Positions 7,401 through 11,912 of a DNA stretch of 11,912 nt are shown piece after piece. Source of the stretch: a bacterium (GTDB lineage: Bacteria; Desulfobacterota; DSWW01). Within the stretch, counting starts at the first letter, position 1. Each line of letters starts with the position of its first letter. The notes beneath the pieces were generated by a model. That model was not told where the DNA came from, searched no databases, and was given only the letters and a program-made list of their open reading frames with translations. The translations under genes were made by a program, and so were the position numbers. The stretch lies in assembly GCA_040756235.1 (NCBI GenBank), contig JBFLZG010000097.1, positions 1-11,912 on the forward strand. The letters are read 5' to 3'.

Positions 7401-9395
7401 CAGCTCCGCCAGAACCATGCGCGTGGCCAGGAGCTCGCGCAGGACGTCGCTTCCTGCATCGGCGAACGGGATACGCCAGGCGGCCGTGTGCTCGCAGGCA
7501 AGCTCCGGCGTTCCCAGGACCAGGAGCAGCGCGAAGTCGGCCTCCCCCTTGCGGAGGATCTCGAGGACCCTCTCCTTCATCTCCGAATCCATCCCGGCCG
7601 GAACCAGTGCGCAGGCTGCGAGCCTCGTGCTCTGCCTCCAGGCGAGGCTCCGAAAGACGACGTCACGCGCGATCCCGGGACCGGGCCAGGAGATGGATTC
7701 CGGCAGCTCGGAGAGGGGCTCGGTGAGAAGGCGGGAGTCGTGGTCCCCGATCTCGCCGGCGGTACGGGCGATCCTCGCCTTGAGCGTCTTGGCCGGGTCG
7801 TCTCCCTTCGCGATCGCGTAGACGGCTTCCGGAGGCCTCGCCTCCGAGCCGGGCCTCCGGGTCAGGAAACGGCTTTCCTCCACCAGGGGGTCGAGGATCC
7901 CCTCCGCGACGAATTCGACGTTCATCGCCGGATCGTGCGGGGCGATCATGCAGGAGGTCAGCTCGGCCAGGACGCGCACCGGCGGAGGTTCCGCGGTGGG
8001 ATGGATCGCGTAGAGCACGAGGATGCGGACCAGGCGGCGGGCCAGGGCCCGGTCGGACGGATCCTCGATGATGCGCTCGATGACTTCGTCCAGATGAGGA
8101 AGGATGTGGCGGGGGTAGATGTGAAAATCCGAGAATTCCGCCAGGCGGCCTTCGAAGTGCTCGTAGATGCTGTCCGGGGCGAGCAGCTCGGTGCAAGGGC
8201 GGTCCAGGATGCCCCTGATCTGCCGTCCTTCGTCACCGGCGATCCTCGAATGCACGAAGTCCACGATGCCGCGGTGCTGGGAGAAGAGGTCCCCCAGGCC
8301 CTCGAGCAAGGCGAGGGTCGCGGGGTGGAGCGGGTAGATATGGAGGAAATGGTCATAGGCGCAGGAGAAGGTGGTGAAGTTGCTGCGAAAGCTCTCGTAG
8401 ATCCGCCTGATCTCGCCTTCGCCGCCCGGCTTCAGCTTGACCAGGCGTTTGGAGACGAGGTCCCGAATGTGCATGGTCGAGAGGTTGAGCCGTATGGGAA
8501 ATCTGTCCTTGATCTTGCGGAAAGTCGTCTGGGCGATGTCCCCGGTGCGCTCGATCCCCTCCTGGACGGCGGCGATGATCCACAGCGGCGCGCCCCCGGC
8601 GAGCTCACCCAGCAACTGGAGAGTGCGGGCATCCTCGTTGAGGTGTTGCGGATCGGCCTTGGACCGGAAGAACTCCGAGAGCTCGTCGATCAGCAGGACC
8701 GTGCCGTGGAAGCCCGCGTCCCGCACCGCCTGGAGCGCAGCGGCGAAGGTCTCGTGCCTCTCCTCGATGAGCATCTCCGGAGCTTCGATCCCCTGTCCCT
8801 TCAGAAACCGGATGCCGGCCAGGTAGGCCTCGCGGGGATGCCGGGCAATCCAGTCGTCCAGCGCGTCCCGGGGCATCCCCTCCTGCTCGCAAAACACTCG
8901 TGCCAGCTTCGGATCATCCAGGATCCGGCGAAACCGCCCGAGGAAGCGGGCCAGCGGGGTCAGGGTGACGGGAGCACCGTGGGCGGCGAGGGCCTTCTCG
9001 ACCGAGGTGATCACGATCTGCTCGAGCGAGGTGGCGGACCTGAAGTTCAGGAGGGAGATTTCCACCGGGAGAAAGCGGCGCTGCAGTTGCCTGAGGCGCT
9101 TGAGGCCGGTGTGGCTACGGGTCAGGATCTCGGAGCCGGAACGCTCATCCAGCCACGCGGCCAGTGCCGCCAGCGAATGGGATTTGCCCGAGCCGAAGTC
9201 GCCCTGAAGGAAGAATCCCCTGCCCGTATCCTGCTGCAGCACCTCGGAGAGGATCGAAAAGTGGGTGGTGACGTCCGCCGTAAAGACGAAACTGCCCGTC
9301 ACGGCCGCGGGCCTTTGCGTCCCGTCTTCGAGCCTCACCACGGTCTCGACGGGCGGGACCTCGATCAAATCGCCGATCCGCAGGGCCACGGTCAT
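4407..9395 (-). CDS. BrxC/PglY-type (DUF6079-like) P-loop ATPase fused to a C-terminal PglZ-like alkaline-phosphatase-fold domain (1662 aa)
   Basis: The start at 9395 (MTVALRIGDLIEVPPVETVVRL, like DUF6079 N-termini) overlaps the upstream TGA (ATGA). ATPase motifs: Walker A GDFGSGKS (9180-9203), Walker B LLIDE (8682-8696), KIKDRF and YPLHP typical of BrxC. A Cys cluster reads PCERNVAEELVRSPVCGCLF (~5930-5990). C-terminal PglZ-like motifs: ILLLEAV, PKTIPS, LLDHAAH, LTTDHG (TDHG 4506-4517), THGAGGVFE. Confidence 0.85.
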   Translation of the reverse strand: MTVALRIGDLIEVPPVETVVRLEDGTQRPAAVTGSFVFTADVTTHFSILSEVLQQDTGRGFFLQGDFGSGKSHSLAALAAWLDERSGSEILTRSHTGLKRLRQLQRRFLPVEISLLNFRSATSLEQIVITSVEKALAAHGAPVTLTPLARFLGRFRRILDDPKLARVFCEQEGMPRDALDDWIARHPREAYLAGIRFLKGQGIEAPEMLIEERHETFAAALQAVRDAGFHGTVLLIDELSEFFRSKADPQHLNEDARTLQLLGELAGGAPLWIIAAVQEGIERTGDIAQTTFRKIKDRFPIRLNLSTMHIRDLVSKRLVKLKPGGEGEIRRIYESFRSNFTTFSCAYDHFLHIYPLHPATLALLEGLGDLFSQHRGIVDFVHSRIAGDEGRQIRGILDRPCTELLAPDSIYEHFEGRLAEFSDFHIYPRHILPHLDEVIERIIEDPSDRALARRLVRILVLYAIHPTAEPPPVRVLAELTSCMIAPHDPAMNVEFVAEGILDPLVEESRFLTRRPGSEARPPEAVYAIAKGDDPAKTLKARIARTAGEIGDHDSRLLTEPLSELPESISWPGPGIARDVVFRSLAWRQSTRLAACALVPAGMDSEMKERVLEILRKGEADFALLLVLGTPELACEHTAAWRIPFADAGSDVLRELLATRMVLAELKPSNPADAPLVPIAQAALKRLDPAAHQVVLGAIYRGDFVSPEIRIDPAVRQLKRFDRLVEAAGEVLLEARYPKFKDIASRGFPPSPRLYQRLLDEWAAHGKLSLREAKDKGLGSLVESLAAPLGLVEIKAGSYLLAPDPHEHPFLAHVFSFINPSGATPLEELVSRLRSGAYGVPRDTAEFVLNALAHCGLITLLRHDRRVPLDSLRMAVLDKADAVAPGELIGQADRRTLLAECTFLAPAQSWESFGVRQQQEAWQAVIRFKAKAAEIAGEIERGLTATAGYSALDALDRERLRARLDALGRLRDGIKTSYAARDGLECFLQAWRASGLTSEDVTGLKQFQRFFSTDLDAFIFSSHYVRHPSVGKAILEDEGVDSLRQAVLAIQEHPETLVVPDGGMRLNAAFNAFRQAYTALYAGRHASHHGRRRRREIPKRARRAVEVLRRLAAIEPLDRPVGLETLLAEIDAPSPQPCERNVAEELVRSPVCGCLFQIGARTEEPRFKDITQAVESSLAAYLEILRNPRVLEQVGIRAYALKDMDSRTTERLRRLTEILRDPQTGSPAALLDLLDAATIEDLAQALSGSVEVEERSLERLTEQLSGRRLTGAKILEIVEQWTSGAGAETLLSVTGETPVQSARPAFRTVLWPLLRPDLFADELRAGPMSRQDVRAMEQELEQMFPQEGLMRRLTRLETARLFRFVVEEPVHTRAAQAAWLLLAEKVLRYGADAPFPPPDSRHLAAEEAAAIRGRLEALKRLSEAEQAGFPERLCGRLPMARILFDPWATRELKAAAEAAVEALSAAAEDWLATLPAAAILDLKDNPGILLLEAVPPDVWLEATRTAASPRPHSLTWRRLTVEPKTIPSMNQLFGFSRDRDPAEEFASWGIPYRYLAGNEERPLIDLVPPLPSRSPWVIRLCLLDHAAHREGARRLTDMPAMLRNMLDRQLPPVLEACSRAGRRLALTTDHGLSLRNGQLTHGAGGVFEKAVFLAQWMPETAGL

Positions 9396-9748
9396 TCCTC
9401 GATCTCGAGCATCTTCTCGATCTTCCGGAGCCGGCCGTAGAGCGATCTTTCCTTCGGAAATCGAGCAACCATCTCCTGGTAGAATCCCCTCGATCGTGCC
9501 AGCTCTCCCGCGCGGCGGCAGGCGCCCTGGTAGGCGTTGTGCATGAAGAAATCGGTCGGGTCCTGCCGGAGGTGCTCTTCCATCAGAGGGATGGCCTCCT
9601 TTTCGCCGCCCGCCTTGGCCAGGGTGAACAGCTGCTGCCTCTGGATCCGGGTCTGCGGCGCGGACGCGGCGAGCCTCTCGTACTGGCCAAGAGCCTCGTC
9701 CATCTTGCCGGCCCTCTTGCACAGGGAGGCGTAGATCTCGCGATACAC
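9392..9748 (-). CDS. C-terminal part of tetratricopeptide-repeat (TPR) protein
   Basis: TPR-like helical pairs (YASLCKRAGKMDEALGQYERL; FTLAKAGGEKEAIPLMEEHLRQDPTDFFMHNAY). Same reading frame as 9782-10600, so the two are probably one gene. Its TGA overlaps the ATG of the large ATPase gene. Confidence 0.8.
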   Translation of the reverse strand: MYREIYASLCKRAGKMDEALGQYERLAASAPQTRIQRQQLFTLAKAGGEKEAIPLMEEHLRQDPTDFFMHNAYQGACRRAGELARSRGFYQEMVARFPKERSLYGRLRKIEKMLEIEE

Positions 9749-9760
9749 GGGCGGGCGGGA

Positions 9761-9808
9761 CTTTTGTCATTGGTTGGGGTTTTACTGGCTATACCGGGGG
9801 GGGGGGGT
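9761..9808 (-). other. 48-bp garbled tandem duplicate of 9713-9760 containing a G12 run and two in-frame stops; probable assembly/read-end artefact
   Basis: Minus-strand ACCCCCCCCCCCCGGTATAGCCAGTAAAACCCCAACCAATGACAAAAG aligns without gaps to the next 48 nt, TCCCGCCCGCCCGTGTATCGCGAGATCTACGCCTCCCTGTGCAAGAGG (28/48 identical). Deleting it restores ARLARIP-SRPPVYREIY in frame. Confidence 0.75.
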
Positions 9809-10600
9809 GGGTATTCGCGCCAGCCGGGCGAACTTCATGCGCACCGCCTCCAGTCCGTCGCGGGAGATCTCCAGGTCCGCCATCTGCCACAGGGCCTGGG
9901 GGTGGTCAGGGGAGACGCGCAGGAGCTCCGCGCAGGCATCCAGCGCCTCGTCCCTTCTGTCCAACCCGGCCAGCGCCTTGATGCGCCAGGGGTATGCGGT
10001 CTCGGGCGGGAGATTCCACTCGCTCAGCGCACCCAGGATCTGCGGCCAGCGCTTCAGCATCGACAGGGATTGAAGCAACCCTTTGCGGGCCCGCGGAAGG
10101 ATGCGCGCATCGCCGCTGCGGAGCGCTTCCTCGTAGCCGGCCAGGGCCTCCTCCGCACGATCGTCGCCGAGGCACGCCCCCGCCCTCGCGGCCAGGGCGT
10201 AGGCGTTGCCCGGCTCCCGCTGCAGGGCCTGGTCCGCAGCGGCGACGGCCTGCTCGAAACGGCCGGCAAGAGACAGGGCAACGGCACGTTGTGTATGCCA
10301 GAACGCGCTGTCGGACGAGCCGTCGAGGCAGTTCCGCTCCGCCAGGGCTGCGGCCTCGGCAAAGGCCTTGCGATCGAGGAGCTCGCGGAATGCCTTGTAG
10401 GATCGGGAAGCCACGAGAGCCTGCCGTGCAACGGGTGCGTCGTCGCGTAGATGTGGTCCCAGGATCAGCCGATCGGGATCGTCGCGCGCACGATACGTCG
10501 AAACCAGGGGCTGGTTTTCTCCATCCTGCTCCTGTCTGCCAGCGAGTCGCCCCGATCTGGGAAAGGGATCCTGGGCCCGCCTGCGGGACATGTTACCCAT
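9782..10600 (-). CDS. N-terminal part of TPR protein (start uncertain: ATG 10600/10591 or GTG 10414)
   Basis: Clear TPR consensus repeats (FWHTQRAVALSLAGRFEQAVAAADQALQREPGNAYALAARAGACLGDDRAEEALAGYEEAL; WRIKALAGLDRRDEALDACAELLRVSPDHPQALWQMA). The first ~62 codons look unstructured and overlap a promoter-like sequence, which favours GTG 10414. Confidence 0.8.
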   Translation of the reverse strand: MGNMSRRRAQDPFPRSGRLAGRQEQDGENQPLVSTYRARDDPDRLILGPHLRDDAPVARQALVASRSYKAFRELLDRKAFAEAAALAERNCLDGSSDSAFWHTQRAVALSLAGRFEQAVAAADQALQREPGNAYALAARAGACLGDDRAEEALAGYEEALRSGDARILPRARKGLLQSLSMLKRWPQILGALSEWNLPPETAYPWRIKALAGLDRRDEALDACAELLRVSPDHPQALWQMADLEISRDGLEAVRMKFARLARIPTPPPRYSQ

Positions 10601-10619
10601 CCGGCACGCTGAGCGTCAA
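10590..10619 (-). promoter_or_regulatory. Candidate sigma70 promoter for the TPR-ATPase operon: TTGACG-N18-TAACAT
   Basis: On the minus strand the -35 is at 10614-10619 and the -10 at 10590-10595. A short palindrome ACGCT-G-AGCGT (10606-10616) overlaps the -35. Confidence 0.45.
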
Positions 10620-10742
10620 TGAACCTTCCCTGATCCGGGCGCGCCTGAGCAGGTCGCATGCATGAAGTGAGCGCTGCCGCCCAGCGCGGCGCCCGAGAAG
10701 CCGCCGAGCTCTATTTCAAGGTCCGAGGCCTTGTCCTATCTC

Positions 10743-10787
10743 GTCATCCCGGCCGATGCTGCGGAGCGCGTGTGAGCCGGGATCCGG
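10743..10787 (+). repeat. REP-like palindromic element, family A, long-loop form
   Basis: GTCATCCCGGCCGATGCTGCGGAGCGCGTGTGAGCCGGGATCCGG, homologous to 1364-1407 including the loop (GCG.AGCGCGTG.GA). Confidence 0.75.
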
Positions 10788-10809
10788 GAGGTTGCCTCAG
10801 GAATCCCTG

Positions 10810-11093
10810 CTTAGTACATGTCTGCGTAAATACGCTAACGTATTTGTGTGCGGGAGCGAGCTGGCGATGATGCTGCCAATGCCCGATTTTGCGAGGAGGC
10901 TTTGCGACGTGGCAACCCCCCTGTTTCGGGGGATCGCCACGCTCGCGACTCTGAATCCGCGGTAATCCCGAGGCGCCGGGGCTCGCTCGCTACATCTGGC
11001 TCTTGCAGGCCGTCCGTTGCCCCGTCTCCTCTCGCAGACCGGCCGCGCCGGTCGGCGGAGTATGTTACCGAACTTATGAACCAGTGCACTTAG
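10810..11093. mobile_element. Candidate MITE-like non-coding element with imperfect 33-bp terminal inverted repeats
   Basis: Left end 10810-10842 (CTTAGTACATGTCTGCGTAAATACGCTAACGTA) matches the reverse complement of 11061-11093 (CTAAGTGCACTGGTTCATAAGTTCGGTAACATA) at 21/33 ungapped positions. Both ends are AT-rich in a GC-rich background, and CTTAG occurs at both boundaries. Confidence 0.4.
10888..10948 (+). repeat. Degenerate palindromic element of the TTGCGAG...GCGACGTGGCAA / GATyGCCACG type
   Basis: TTTGCGAGGAGGCTTTGCGACGTGGCAACCCCC-TGTTTC-GGGGGATCGCCACGCTCGCG forms a long hairpin (GCGA-CGTGGC..CCCC pairing with GGGG..GCCACG-TCGC). It resembles Rickettsia-palindromic-element-like repeats (recalled similarity). 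Confidence 0.5.
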
Positions 11094-11134
11094 GCCCTTG
11101 TCCCCGACCCGTTTCCGCTCCCGAACCCGTTCGA

Positions 11135-11170
11135 GCACGGGACTGGACCCCGGCCTTGCCGGGGTGACGG
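11135..11170 (+). repeat. REP-like palindromic element, family A, copy 3
   Basis: GCACGGGACTGGACCCCGGCCTTGCCGGGGTGACGG, near-identical to 1305-1340. Confidence 0.8.
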
Positions 11171-11182
11171 AACGCTCATTTG

Positions 11183-11211
11183 TTGACTCGCACCCGGACA
11201 CCGAATATCTT
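11183..11211 (+). promoter_or_regulatory. Sigma70 promoter TTGACT-N17-TATCTT
   Basis: The -35 at 11183-11188 matches consensus 5/6, the spacer is exactly 17 bp, and the -10 at 11206-11211 keeps the conserved T,A...T. It ends 29 nt upstream of ATG 11241. Confidence 0.65.
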
Positions 11212-11240
11212 TGGGCAGGGGCCGAGGGAAGAAGAAGCAC

Positions 11241-11912
11241 ATGAAGTGTCCGCACTGCGGGTTCAATCACGAGGGGTGGGGCTTCGTACCGGGCTACGAG
11301 AGAGTGTGCGTCAAGTGCCGCACGCCGATCGAAGGCGAATGGCCCGAGGACGAAGAGGAGACCGGACCGTCGCAGCCCGGTTTCCTGCGCAGGATGTGGA
11401 CCCGGCTGGCCCGCAGGAAGAGGGCCGCCCAGGAGGATTGGGAGGACGAGGACACGGCGGATTTTCCGCCTTCTGTGCCGGATCGCTTGCCCTCCGAGCT
11501 TCCGCCCCCGGAACCGCCCCGGGATCTGACGGCTCACACGTCAGCCCCCTCTTTTCCGCCCCTGTCGATCCGGCCGCCCCAGCCCCCGCTGAAGCCCGCG
11601 GTGCCGACCCGGCCTTTCCCGCCCCCGATCGAAGCAGCCCTACCCGCGCCCGCGGGCAGCACAGAGGGCCCGGCCGCCTGCGGCGACGCCTTCGAGCCGG
11701 TCCAGCCCGAGCCGCAGGCCGCTCCGTGTGAGGAGGCGGTGGAAGCCGTCTCCGGGCCGGCGCCCGAGCCCGGGTTCCTCGTGGACGAGGAGATCGGGCG
11801 GCCCGCTGAGGATCTCCCGTGCCCGGCCCAAATGGAAGCCACTCGGCCTGCGGCTCCGGCCGCGGCCGCTGCGGCTGCGACGCCCGCAGGCACGCCCGCC
11901 GCAGCGGCCACT
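11241..11912 (+). CDS. Zinc-ribbon N-terminal, Pro/Ala/Glu-rich protein, 3'-truncated by the window edge (>=224 aa)
   Basis: Translated by hand: MKCPHCGFNHEGWGFVPGYERVCVKCRTPIEGEWPEDEEETGPSQPGFLRRMWTRLARRK... It has two CxxC pairs and no stop before the window end. A purine-rich RBS region (GAGGGAAGAAGAAG) and a promoter lie upstream. It is absent from the ORF track, probably because it lacks a stop. Confidence 0.8.
   Translation, partial: MKCPHCGFNHEGWGFVPGYERVCVKCRTPIEGEWPEDEEETGPSQPGFLRRMWTRLARRKRAAQEDWEDEDTADFPPSVPDRLPSELPPPEPPRDLTAHTSAPSFPPLSIRPPQPPLKPAVPTRPFPPPIEAALPAPAGSTEGPAACGDAFEPVQPEPQAAPCEEAVEAVSGPAPEPGFLVDEEIGRPAEDLPCPAQMEATRPAAPAAAAAAATPAGTPAAAAT

Noticed and set aside
4407..9395. 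Calling the locus a complete canonical BREX (type 3) system
   Set aside because: No brxF, pglXI, brxHII, brxA or stand-alone pglZ in the window, although both operon flanks are visible.
5286..9440. 1384-aa + strand ORF
   Set aside because: Antisense shadow of the ATPase gene, in codon register with it. Such long stop-free frames are expected opposite high-GC3 genes, and it shows no motifs.
9396..9770. 125-aa N-terminal extension of the large ORF (1787-aa version)
   Set aside because: It overlaps the TPR C-terminal coding region in another frame, its ATG lies inside the garbled 48-bp segment, and family-like sequence begins at ATG 9395.
9796..9807. G12 tract as a phase-variation switch
   Set aside because: The two TPR halves are already in the same frame, so slippage would shift the downstream half out of frame rather than restore the gene. 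The tract is explained as a corrupted copy of GGGCGGGCGGGA.
1305..11170. Recurrent ~35-bp palindromic repeats as a CRISPR array or attC cassette sites
   Set aside because: The copies are dispersed and in both orientations with no regular spacers. There is no cas or integrase gene and no RYYYAAC/GTTRRRY ends. They fit REP-like elements.
11180..11911. ORF-track entries 11180-11731 (+), 10797-11537 (-) and 11534-11911 (-)
   Set aside because: These are alternative-frame or antisense shadows of the zinc-ribbon gene starting at 11241, which has the promoter, RBS and CxxC motifs.

Overview
GC-rich bacterial DNA; the codon style and intergenic palindromes suggest a deltaproteobacterium-like genome (inference only). 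The + strand carries a membrane-anchored coiled-coil protein (220-1143), a DUF6635-like protein (~1603-2595) and a zinc-ribbon/Pro-rich gene that starts at 11241, runs off the window and is missing from the ORF track. The - strand carries two translationally coupled gene pairs. The first is a TPR protein (~10600/10414 to 9392) joined by an ATGA overlap to a 1662-aa protein (9395-4407). That protein appears to fuse a BrxC/PglY-type (DUF6079-like) P-loop ATPase to a compact C-terminal PglZ-like alkaline-phosphatase-fold domain, and no BREX methyltransferase or other brx gene is present in the window. The second pair is a Pol-beta-superfamily nucleotidyltransferase (4059-3328) overlapping a 126-aa unknown protein (3331-2951). 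The TPR gene is interrupted by an in-frame 48-bp garbled duplicate of the adjacent 48 bp, most likely an assembly artefact. Intergenic regions contain at least three families of REP-like palindromes and a ~284-bp candidate MITE. The best candidate for an undescribed system is the two-gene 'TPR + BrxC-PglZ fusion' module.
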